From Squatina squatina (lineage: Eukaryota): a DNA stretch of 53,194 nt. Each line of letters opens with the position of its first letter. Position 1 is the stretch's first letter. A program made the position numbers and the translations under genes. The stretch is from the NCBI GenBank assembly GCA_031763465.1, contig JARFOE010000080.1:9315357-9368550 (forward strand). Reading direction: 5' to 3'. This document shows positions 13,126-23,125 of the stretch, piece by piece. The notes below the pieces were generated by a model that was given only the letters and a program-made list of their open reading frames with translations, searched no databases and was not told the origin of the DNA.

Positions 13126-13719
13126 GGCTTTATTTGCATGCTCAGTTATCCTTTCCACATCCTTAAGTAATTTCCCTCACAGTTTGCCATGTCCCCAAAT
13201 TTGGTATTTTAGGCCGAGGTTCAAATCATTTATAGAAATAGAAAAAAGATTCCTGCCAATCCAAAAAAGAACACTTTCCCATTACTCTGTTTACCAGTCC
13301 CTCTTTATCCACACCATTACAGATTCCTTTATACCAAAATACCTTAATTATGTGGCACTTAATGTAATGCTGGAAAATCAAGGATCAAAGCTCTGGAGTG
13401 GAACAGAAAGCTAGTGTGGAATATTGTTGGGCATATTAGAAAATGGAATGGCTCAGTTTATTTTTCTTTTGTTGTAATGNNNNNNNNNNCAAGATGCTTA
13501 ATGTCCTACAGACACATCAAAAATAGATGTAATTGGTTAAGGCATTGAGTAGTTGAACCACACAGAGCAAGGATGTCCGAGGTTAACTCGCAGTCTGTGC
13601 TTAATTAGCAAATCTCAACTGGGACAATGGTAAATGCTGCAATTAGTCTCAGATTGAGGACTGATTGAGGAGGGGAAAATGAAACAGGGTTCCCATGATG
13701 ATTCGGTATGATGCTGCTT

Positions 13720-14068
13720 GGAATGAGGAAATATAAATATTTGAAAATTGAGCTGTTTGCATTACAACAGTTGGCATTACAGGATGATTTGATTGAGGTT
13801 TTTAAAATTATTAAAAGCATTGGACAGATTAGATTGAAACAGACTGTTAAATTGAAATTGTGAGGTCTACAAGAGAACAGAGATACAAGATTAAATGCAA
13901 GATATTCAGGACAGAGTGGAGGAAGTTTATTTTAAAAATGGAGAATTGTAAGGCTGTGGAAAGCACTACCAGAATTCATAACGGAAGCACAAACCATCTC
14001 TCAGCATTGAAGAATAGATTAGATAGGTGGCTGAAAGGGAAAAAAATGAATATGAAGCAGGGCAAGCA
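13720..14068 (+). mobile_element. CR1 C-terminal fragment
   Basis: DDLIEVFKIIK motif and LKNRLDRWL terminal helix. Confidence 0.65.
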
Positions 14069-14399
14069 NNNNNNNNNNNNNNNNNNNNNNNNNNNNNNNN
14101 NNNNNNNNNNNNNNNNNNNNNNNNNNNNNNNNNNNNNNNNNNNNNNNNNNNNNNNNNNNNNNNNNNNNCTGTAGGTTCAATTTGTGTGTTGTGCAATTTG
14201 CAATGATTTAAAACACTAGCGCTAGCCTATTAGGCAGTGGGCATAAGTCACTAAGTTTGAATAACCGACAGCTTTCACGAATATGTCAAACAGTGGCAGT
14301 GTACAAATCAGAACATGTATCTCCAAGCTAGAAACAAAAAAATTGGGTGGAGGGTTGTAATTAGAGAATTCTGGACTTGTGCCTCTCTTGATTTATTCT

Positions 14400-14685
14400 T
14401 GGGATGTAGGCTGACATTTATTGCCCTGATAACTGAGTGCCTTGTTAGGCCACTTCAGAGGGCAGTTGGAGTGGGACTGGCAGGACTACATGTTTCATCC
14501 CTTAACAACATTGACGGTTGGGGTTTTATGACTATCCAACAGCTTACTGATATCAGATCTGTTTCCAAATTTTAAAGAATTGAATTCAAAATTCTCACTG
14601 CCATAGAGGGATTTGAGCTGCCCTTTAGCATATTAGTCCAGGCCTCTGGATTACCAGTCCAGTGACCTCACTAGCTACTATACAC
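14400..14685 (-). mobile_element. tRNA-derived SINE with LINE-like tail
   Basis: Reverse complement head GTCACTGGACTGGTAATCCAGAGG..CTCAAATCCC; tail GGGCAATAAATG..CTACATCCC like the LINE end at 6150; related copy at 50690. Confidence 0.55.
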
Positions 14686-15026
14686 ATTCTACCCCTCAAG
14701 TTAACTGTCACTTGGATCCCTCTGGACATGCTGGGTGGCTGCATGATGGCACATCACCTGTAAAGGGGGGAGTTAGATTGCTGGTCTGTGGTTTAGTGGT
14801 TAGAGTTTAATTACCAAAACTTATTTTTGTTTCTAGTGGTTTTGTATTTGATTTGGATTAGTGTGAATGATGAATGCCGTTAATCCGATTATATCCATTT
14901 TTTAAAAAACATTAATTCGTACTTGTTCTTTGATTATCCCAGCAGGTGTGAATGTTTAAAGGGACCATCGGTTTGAAGATTTGGTGAATGAGCGTCAAAT
15001 GTGAAGAATTGAGAACATGGGATTTG

Positions 15027-15108
15027 GTCAGAGTTGTGCAAAAGTGCTTACAGTGCAGGTAGTGTCTAAAATCTACTGCAGTGGAGGCACTTCAAACATT
15101 ATATTGAC
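15027..15108 (+). ncRNA. MIR17: pre-mir-17 position of the cluster; predicted 5p AAAAGUGCUUACAGUGCAGGUAG (15040-15062)
   Basis: GTCAGA...TTGAC flanks as in mir-17; 3p ACTGCAGTGGAGGCACTT; first in cluster. Confidence 0.92.
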
Positions 15109-15180
15109 AGTAACTCCTCATTGAACCTGGAATTTTCAGAATATTGTGCTTGCAGCTTGCTCTGCATCAGTGAAGTCTCT

Positions 15181-15251
15181 TGTGTTAAGGTGCATCTAGT
15201 GCAGATAGTGAAGTAGAGTAGAATCTACTGCCCTAAGTGCTCCTTCTGGCA
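15181..15251 (+). ncRNA. MIR18A: pre-mir-18a; 5p UAAGGUGCAUCUAGUGCAGAUAG (15186-15208)
   Basis: Exact miR-18a-5p and 3p ACTGCCCTAAGTGCTCCTTCTGG. Confidence 0.97.
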
Positions 15252-15329
15252 TAAGTAACTCTGATCAGCTTGTGTGTACCAATCTCCAGATTGGTAGAAT
15301 AGCTATGTGAATCCCAACTAGTTGTTAGT

Positions 15330-15410
15330 GCAGTTTTCTACCAGTTTTGCATGGTTGCACCACAAGAAGAAATTAGTTGTGCAAATCTATGCAAAACTGA
15401 TGGTGGACTG
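15330..15410 (+). ncRNA. MIR19A: pre-mir-19a; 3p UGUGCAAAUCUAUGCAAAACUGA (15378-15400)
   Basis: Exact miR-19a-3p, complementary 5p AGTTTTGCATGGTTGCAC, purine loop CAAGAAGAA. Confidence 0.96.
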
Positions 15411-15464
15411 GGTTGACTGCTAAGTGGTGGCATGAAAACATGCTGTTTGGAGGTTACAGCTCAA

Positions 15465-15535
15465 GCAGTATTAAAGTGCTTATAGTGCAGGTAGTGTTAT
15501 AGTAATCTACTGCAATATGAGCACTTGAGTACTAC
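15465..15535 (+). ncRNA. MIR20A: pre-mir-20a; 5p UAAAGUGCUUAUAGUGCAGGUAG (15472-15494)
   Basis: Exact miR-20a-5p and 3p ACTGCAATATGAGCACTT. Confidence 0.96.
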
Positions 15536-15582
15536 TAGCTAACAGACTGCAGCTGCATAAACTTTAACTATGAAAAGCTTCT

Positions 15583-15656
15583 CTAGTTAGTTTTGCAGGT
15601 TTGCATCCAGCTGTTAATAATTATTGCTGTGCAAATCCATGCAAAACTGACTATAG
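15583..15656 (+). ncRNA. MIR19B1: pre-mir-19b; 3p UGUGCAAAUCCAUGCAAAACUGA (15628-15650)
   Basis: Exact miR-19b-3p; 5p AGTTTTGCAGGTTTGCATCCAGC is the mir-19b-1 type. Confidence 0.95.
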
Positions 15657-15705
15657 TTGTAAAATACAACCAGTGTTAAAGTATCCCTTTTGTACATGCA
15701 ACCCT

Positions 15706-15780
15706 GTCTTGCACCGGTTGGGATTTGTTGCAATGCTGACAGATGTATGTGGTATTGCACTTGTCCCGGCCTGTTAAGGA
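15706..15780 (+). ncRNA. MIR92A1: pre-mir-92a; 3p UAUUGCACUUGUCCCGGCCUGU (15753-15774)
   Basis: Exact miR-92a-3p with 5p GGTTGGGATTTGTTGCAATGCT. Confidence 0.95.
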
Positions 15781-16539
15781 TGGTGGGCACAGTTGGGAAA
15801 TAACACCAAGAACCTGGATCCAAGAAGACAGAACCAAATAAGCGGAGGCTGTGTCTGGTAGCTTGAATCTAAATTAAGTTACTTCACTTGTGTTTAATTT
15901 TAGATTAAGCTAGTGCAGCAGCACTTGTTTGAAGAATATTTTAAAGACTGCCTTGCACTGGTTTAGGTGAAGTGCCAATCTTGATACTGGGATATGGATG
16001 GCATGTTGCCTCAGGATGGGAGGCTTCTTGAACTGAGTTCTTGTGGTGGTTCATAATGCTAGGATTTTGATCCTGCCCATGGTTGTGACTCAAGTGGTAA
16101 TTCTGTTGCTTTGGTGATCAATGTCATGGAGCTAGGAAGCACTGTTAAGATTGGTGATTGCAGTGGTGTATCTACAGTATACACTAGTCATGATTCCCTA
16201 GTAGGGAGGTGCATATTGAATCCACCATTTTTGCAACCAAGCAGATGTCTGTCCTTGGATGATGTCATGCTACTTGTAGCTACACCATCCATCTCTTACA
16301 GACGGAAGGTTTTGAGGCAGTGAGCCTATGTTCATTGTAAGTACAATCAGTTTAGATCCTTTGAGAAATCCACAATTAATTGGGTAATGTGGGATCTAAT
16401 GGGTGGGGGGTTCAGGAGAAAGGAACAGTAAATTGTCAAGACAAAAGGATATGGCAGAAATGCTAGGCAGTGTTTGGGTTATGAGATTGAGTGACAGGAA
16501 GGGACAGTGCATATGAACACGAGCAACAAAGGGTCATTG

Positions 16540-16854
16540 TAAGGAAAAGTGGTAGACAAAATTAAAGGCTTTCTAAATGGATGTAGTATCTGTAACTAAA
16601 TGAACTAATGGTGTAAATAGAGATACAGGTATTATCTGATAGCCATTACAGAGACATGGTTACAGGGAGATCAAAGCTGGGAACTCAATATTCAGGGATA
16701 TTTTCCTTTTTGGAGGACAGGTGGGAAGGAAAAAGTGATGGGGTATCTCCTAGATGAAATGTACAGTTGAGATGCTCTAGGCTCAATATAGAATCCATCT
16801 GGGTGGAGGTTTAAAAACACAGCAAGTGAAAAGACACGAGCAGGAGCAGTGCAT
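16540..16854 (+). mobile_element. CR1 ORF2 endonuclease fragment (left of RTE insertion)
   Basis: LIAITETWLQGDQSWELNIQGY, ESIWVE motifs. Confidence 0.8.
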
Positions 16855-17519
16855 CAACAGTCCCTTGGGTTTGAGGATGACTTGCTGCCACTCGTGTTGT
16901 TGGTCTGAGGTGGCTAAACAGTCCAATGCAGGAACTGCAGACCTGGCCGCAAGTAGGGCAGGTAATGAGTGGCAGGGATGAGCGTGTTGCTGTGTGCTCC
17001 CTCAACATTTGTCCTCAATGCACTTCTGCTGGAGAGACTCAACAGTTGGTGCCTTCATGAACAGCTCTTCTCCATTGCAGGTGGTCTTGGACCACCAATT
17101 CCCATGAGTCAGTGGGGGTTGCATTTCTTCAATGAGGGTGTCCTTGTAGCATTTCCCATGGTGGAGTTCAGAATAAAGTGCTTGTTCTGCGAGTCTTTTA
17201 TTCGGCACGTGGATGACATGACTAGCCCATCGCAGCTGATTGTAACCAGTGCCTTGATGTTGGCCTGGGTGAGGATGCTGATGTCTGTGTTTGTCCTGCC
17301 AGTTTAATTGCAGGATTTTGCAAAAGCAGTGTTGGTGGTATTTCTCAAACTTTGAGGTGTCTGCTGTACAGTGCCTGTGTCTCTGGTATCATTGCCCTGT
17401 AGACTATGATCTTGGTCCTCAAACACTCTTCCTCGGGTACATGAAGGCTGTGCTGGGTCTTGTCAAAGTCTGCCCTACTGCAGTGGGGGGGGTACCTATA
17501 CATGACTGAGTCTCCTCTC
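16855..17519 (-). mobile_element. 5'-truncated RTE-clade LINE nested in CR1
   Basis: TKIIVYRA, MPNKRLAEQALYSEL and C-terminal CPTCGQVCSSCIGLFSHLR zinc-finger motifs. Confidence 0.8.
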
Positions 17520-18464
17520 AGTAGTGTATAAGCTGCCACACTAGGAAAGGGTATAAATCAAATAATGGGTGGGGGGAGAGGGAGAGGGAAGGGTGAGAGT
17601 GAACTTTAATCTTGTAGATTGGGTTAATCAAATTGGAAATGATAACCATGAGAACAAATTCAGAGTGCATCTGGGATAGCTTCCTAGAGCAATACATTAT
17701 GGAGCCAACCAGGGGACAGGCTATTTTGGATCTGGTAATGACCGGTTTAATGATCTGAGTAAAAGATCCTCTAGGAAACAGTGATCATAACATGGAATTT
17801 AGCATTCAGCTTGAGTGAGAAACTTTGGTCTGAAACTGTATTAAACTTAAATAAGGGGACTTACGAAGGAATGAGGACAGAGTTGACTAAAGTGGGCAAA
17901 TAGATTAGCAGGTAAAACAGTAGACAAGCAATGGCAGACATTCAAGGAGATAATTCATGATTACTTTCAGCAAAAATATATCCCAGTGAGATTCTAAGGG
18001 ATGGATGAACCAACCATGGCTAACCAAGTAAGTTCAAAAGGGTATTGAGTTGAAAGAGAAAACATAAGGTGGCAAAAGTTAGTAGGCCTGAAGATTGGGA
18101 TAAATTCAGAAACCAGCAAAGGAGGACAAAATAAACTGAGGACAAACTAGCAAGGAACATAAACTGACAAGAGCTTCTTTAAGTAAATAAAAAGGGAGGT
18201 CAAAGTGAACATAGGCCCCTTAGAGAATGAGGCTGTGGAAATAGTTATGGGGAACAAGGAAATGGCAGAGGAGTTAAACAGATATTTTGCATCAGTCTTT
18301 ACAGTAGAAGATACTACGAACATCCCATTAATAAAAAATACGGGGGAGGAATTAAATACCATCACCATCACTAGAGAATTAATATTAGGCAAACTAATGG
18401 GGCTAAAGGCTGATAAGTCCCCTGGCCCTGATGGTTTGCATCCTAGGATCCTAAAAGAAGTGGC
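17520..18464 (+). mobile_element. CR1 ORF2 continuation (endonuclease end to pre-RT)
   Basis: EPTRGQAILDLV, LGNSDHN, EMAEELNRYFASVFT, KSPGPDGLHPRILKEV. Confidence 0.9.
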
Positions 18465-19215
18465 NNNNNNNNNNNNNNNNNNNNNNNNNNNNNNNNNNNN
18501 NNNNNNNNNNNNNNNNNNNNNNNNNNNNNNNNNNNNNNNNNNNNNNNNNNNNNNNNNNNNNNNNTAATATCGGGGCCAATGTTATTTTTCTTGAAAATAA
18601 CCTTGGAAATGATAGCTCAAGAGATGTCCTAGTTATTTCACTAGATTTTAAACATTTAAGAATAACACCTCTTTAATTTCTGCCGCAGCAGGTAATCAAT
18701 AAGCCACAAGTCACAGGAACCTCACTTTTTCTTTAAATAAATATGCTTCACTTGAAATAGTCCAATGCACTGAGAACAGTGATTATATGTAATAAATTTT
18801 TATCCCTCCTACCACTTGATTACTAAAATGTATTTATTGTAGTATTGCAGCAGAATAAGAACCTTGGAAATTGCCAACAAAATCCAGTTTCCATGGTTAC
18901 ATGCTGATGACAAGACATCCGATCTCTTTTTGTGATGTGTGCACTCTAATAAGTAGATGCATTGACAAATTCACATTTTCACTGTGGATATATTTTGATG
19001 GCCCCTTCTGTAGTTACATATTACTGAGTTTAATTCTATAGCTGTTTGGATTGTGATGCAAGTAGTGTTTGATACACTCAGCAAAATTATCAACCATGGG
19101 TTATGGTCAGGTATAGCTTTCCGTTAAGGAGAAAATGCTACAATTATTTCATGCAATAATGTACAGAACTTCCAAGCTGAGTACAGTTGCAGAATGATTT
19201 CCATACTGATAAATG

Positions 19216-19851
19216 AGGCCAAAATTCCCCTGCTGTGTGCCTCCTGTTAGCGCCTCAGGGCGCAAAAGTGTTTTCACCCAGTGGGGCGCTACCGGTTCCT
19301 GCAAAATTATGTGGGAGTTAGCGGAGGCGCAAAACTGGTAGCACCCCGCTTCCGCCAGTAGCGCCCCGGGCTGCTGCACCTCTGCCGATGATGACATCGC
19401 CATGCGCGGTGGAAACTGGGCAACGTCCCGTGAGACCGCCACAGGTGATGTCAGCACCAGCCTCGCGTGTCGTGAACCGGGCCACACTCTGCTTGCGGGG
19501 TGAAATTTAAAGGGGAGGTGCGTGGCACCATTTTGTCTTCTCGGCTGACTTACCAGTCTGGCCTCCCTTTATTTTTTCCACGGGGTCCGTGCCACGCTGG
19601 TGCAACCCAGCACTCCCCTTCTGTGCCAGGCTGCGGCCATGGCACCCGCGCATCCCCAGTGGCCTAGTGGAGGCCCCTCGTCCCACTGCAGAGCTTGCAG
19701 CGTGCCCTCCCCTTTAACAGGCCACATAGTGCTGCAACATTCGCGTGCTTATCACCCCAGTACCGCCCGACATTGCACTCCCCTTCTTTCAGGGGCGGTC
19801 AGCCCGATTTCGCTGCTGGGACGGGACTTCTGCACTGGGTGCAGGAAGACC
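19216..19851. mobile_element. GC-rich Harbinger-type element end
   Basis: AGGCCAAAATTCCCCT..CCTGTTAGCGCCTC matches the reverse complement of 46020-46062. Confidence 0.55.
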
Positions 19852-20023
19852 NNNNNNNNNNNNNNNNNNNNNNNNNNNNNNNNNNNNNNNNNNNNNNNNN
19901 NNNNNNNNNNNNNNNNNNNNNNNNNNNNNNNNNNNNNNNNNNNNNNNNNNNTCTGTTTTTCACTTAAATTGGAAACTGCCAGGCAGAATTTTACTTTCCC
20001 TCTTCCCCCTGCCAGGTTTATAT

Positions 20024-20188
20024 GGAATTGAATTTCTGCAGGGGTTTTCCTGCTAATCCACAAGAACTTCAGCAGAATAGCTGTGAAAACCCTGGGAAAA
20101 CAGCATTAACACTATTCACACTATTTTGAAAGGTTTCTGTGGCTTTTATGACAGACAAGCAAGAGAACTCCTGTGGAAATTCCATCCC
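20024..20188. mobile_element. Decayed MITE
   Basis: Imperfect terminal inversion GAATTTCTGCAGGGGTTTTCCTGCT / AGCAAGAGAACTCCTGTGGAAATTC; related copies at ~23003 and ~34883. Confidence 0.5.
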
Positions 20189-21399
20189 TCCACAAGCCTC
20201 TCTTACTTTGAGATGTACTTTGGAATATAAAAGGTTAAACCTATAGCTTTTAAAAAAAAATAAAATCACTTCTGCATGATCTATTCTGGTGCTACATGAC
20301 AGATAATAACAGGAAATTATTGCTTCTACCTTAATGTACGCCATACCTGACAGTGCTGCTCATTGCAGACTGTTCTTTAATGTAACTATAATTACTAACA
20401 ATACTCTTATTCTCGTGCATCACAAATCAGTCATCTAAGTAAATGTACTGTGTTGTGCTTTAATAAATCATTATTATACAAACAAGAATTGGCTTTTAGA
20501 ATTTCAGATTTATGGAAGTTTATTGGCCAGATTGTAGAAGATCTTGCAATAAAATCCTGGCAAAGAATAACAGCTGTGCACATTTATTGTGTTGAAGGCT
20601 AGCTGCAGAGAAATGTCTGGAGGCTATTACAATTGTCATAGATATTGTAATATTCATAAAGCATTTCACAGGATTCATTAGAAAACAAATAAGAGGGATG
20701 ATATTTAATTCTAGATCTAGAACTTCATGGAGTATGTTCTAGCACTGGTAATGTTGATATTTAAATCTAATTCCCGCCATGGTTATTATTCATATTATTT
20801 CAATGATATAATAGACCTTAATAGCTGGGGCAATGCATTGAATAAAGGAAATTTCCCCCTCCTATCCACATAACTTCAAAGTAGCTAATAGNNNNNNNNN
20901 NNNNNNNNNNNNNNNNNNNNNNNNNNNNNNNNNNNNNNNNNNNNNNNNNNNNNNNNNNNNNNNNNNNNNNNNNNNNNNNNNNNNNNNNNNNATGCCCTAC
21001 TCCTGCTCCTATCTTCTATGTTTCCTTCCCCCTCTGCACCTAATTCTCACTCTCACCAAACTCCCGTCGTCAGTCCGTTCAGCAGATTCACCCAACTCTC
21101 ACTAAGCTTTGTGCTAAATGGAGGCCGCAGCTTCACATCCAATCTGAAAGATCAATGTTACTGAGATCAGCTACTGAGAAGAGACTCGAGATTGAAGCTG
21201 GGATCTCTGGCCTGTCTGTGTCAATCTATGCCTAGGCAGTACACATACTCAGACAGCCATTAGAGCAAAACAGAGCAATTTAAAAGAAATTCAAAACCTT
21301 CTTTCATTCATAAACAAAGTTTCTTTTATTTGAAAGGAACGGAATATCATAAAATGTCTGGTCACAGGGATTGCAACGCATGATTAAACCATGTATGTT

Positions 21400-22593
21400 C
21401 ATTGTGATGCAGTCAGGATGTCAAATTCATGCTGCCTGCTAATTTCCACGATTGCTGGGTCCAGCCAGTGCTCCCTGCACTGCTTATTGGCTGGATACAT
21501 CTGCAGGGGGCATGTTACTGCGAGTGGCTAGCACTATTTAAAACCAGTCTGTACCTCTTAAAGATGGAGGTGCCGCATAACAGGAGGCAGCAGCAAAGAA
21601 CTGGAGGAGGACCAGCGCGCCTACATGTTTTAACCCCCATGAAGGGGACAGTGCTGGCTCTCATGGGAAGAAACATCACTGAGGCTGTGACTACTCGTGG
21701 TGCTGGAGGGATTGATGATGAGGGGATCTGCATCCCTAATCCTCCTTCTTTCTTCCCACTTCTCCCTCATCCCATGGACTCAAAAGCTGCTGTTGGTATA
21801 GGCATGCACTTCTTACTTTCTCTTCTCCCCTCACCAAAATCTTATCTTTGTCCCTTTTTCATTTCGGATACTCAGGAATTGGAACCTTCCCAGTCAGAGG
21901 AGGTAAAGTAAAGATGAAGGGACACCATCACTCGATCTTACACTCGCTGCCACCAGCTCAGAGACTGACACTGCATGTATTTTAGTGGCTAGGTTAAAGG
22001 AAGGATCTGTACCTGAGGAACCCACAAATTAACGCAAGCGCACAGGAGCCAGGGCAGTGGGAAAGGATAGTGCAGGTGCCAGCTCATCGGATGGCGAGGT
22101 CGCACACTAGTCCTGCTGCAGAGGAGTCAGAGGGGGACTTTGATGGACCAGGCTACAGACAAAGGTTGATGGGTGCTTGCTGCACTGGAGAACCTGCCAG
22201 AAAGCCTGTGCACAATATTAAGGAGCATGGAGGAGTCCAGCAATAACTTGACACAGAGCTTTGTGCAGAGCTTGGAGCCCATCCTTTCCAACATGGAATG
22301 GGTAGTCATCTCCATCATACATCTGTGGAACCCACCATGATGCAGCATCTGATGGCCGATGTCACCACTTCCATTGCAGAGCAAACAGCTTCCATCAAAG
22401 GTCTGAGTGCTGCAGTGAAATTTTAGACTGCAGCCTTGCAAGCTCAGACTGCAGTCATCATGGCTCTGGATATCACTATTTAAAGAGGCTTCCAGGGCAA
22501 CACAGCAGTCCATCAATCTATTCTCCAACAGATCAGTAGGACTGCTGAGGCACCGGCCCAGGGGACTGGCAGTGGCTCCATGGAGCATAAACC
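21400..22593 (+). mobile_element. Decayed coding-like repeat, possibly the accessory (Myb/SANT-type) gene of a Harbinger element
   Basis: GC-richer coding-like composition, broken frames, intron-like pyrimidine tract at ~21740-21870; family call is by resemblance only. Confidence 0.35.
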
Positions 22594-22844
22594 NNNNNNN
22601 NNNNNNNNNNNNNNNNNNNNNNNNNNNNNNNNNNNNNNNNNNNNNNNNNNNNNNNNNNNNNNNNNNNNNNNNNNNNNNNNNNNNNNNNNNNNNTGCATCT
22701 TGCTGAGTTCCTACTTAAGTTATTTCTCTGGGTTTTCCTACGATTATCTGACAGAAAATCAGAGAAGCCTGCAGAAATTCCAGTGTAAATATTTTATTAC
22801 TCTATTGTTCTTGTACCAGTGCCAATTCTTGTACGTGAATTCAC

Positions 22845-22997
22845 GGCGCTCATCCCTGCCACTCGTCTCTTCAAGTATCACCTGCTCCACCTGCGGCCAC
22901 GTCTGCAGCTCCCGCATTGGACTATTTAGCCACCTCAGAACCCACAACTCCGGAGTGGAAACAAGTCACCCACGAACCTGAGGGACTGCCTAAGAGG
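22845..22997 (+). mobile_element. RTE LINE 3' end
   Basis: TCSTCGHVCSSRIGLFSHLRTH motif then GAGGGACTGCCTAAGAG; same family as 16855. Confidence 0.8.
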
Positions 22998-23002
22998 GAG
23001 AG

Positions 23003-23125
23003 TGGGGTGTAAATTTCCATTGCAGTCCTCCTGCTTGTCCACCACAATTTAGCCGAAAGAGATATGCAAAACCCAGAAAATGGTGTAAACAGCATTCATG
23101 TAGCTCTCCCATGGAAATTCACCCA
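23003..23125. mobile_element. Short MITE
   Basis: Termini GGGTGTAAATTTCCAT / ATGGAAATTCACCC. Confidence 0.55.

Noticed and set aside
15027-15660. Recurring AAAGTGCTTA.AGTGCAGGTAG and TGTGCAAATC.ATGCAAAACTGA units as a CRISPR-like or novel repeat array
   Set aside because: Fully explained as paralogous miR-17/20 and miR-19a/b hairpins
15027-15900. Calling the cluster miR-106a~363
   Set aside because: 18a-, 19a- and 20a-type matures are present, no mir-363 is visible, and the neighbouring exon is GPC5-like rather than GPC3-like
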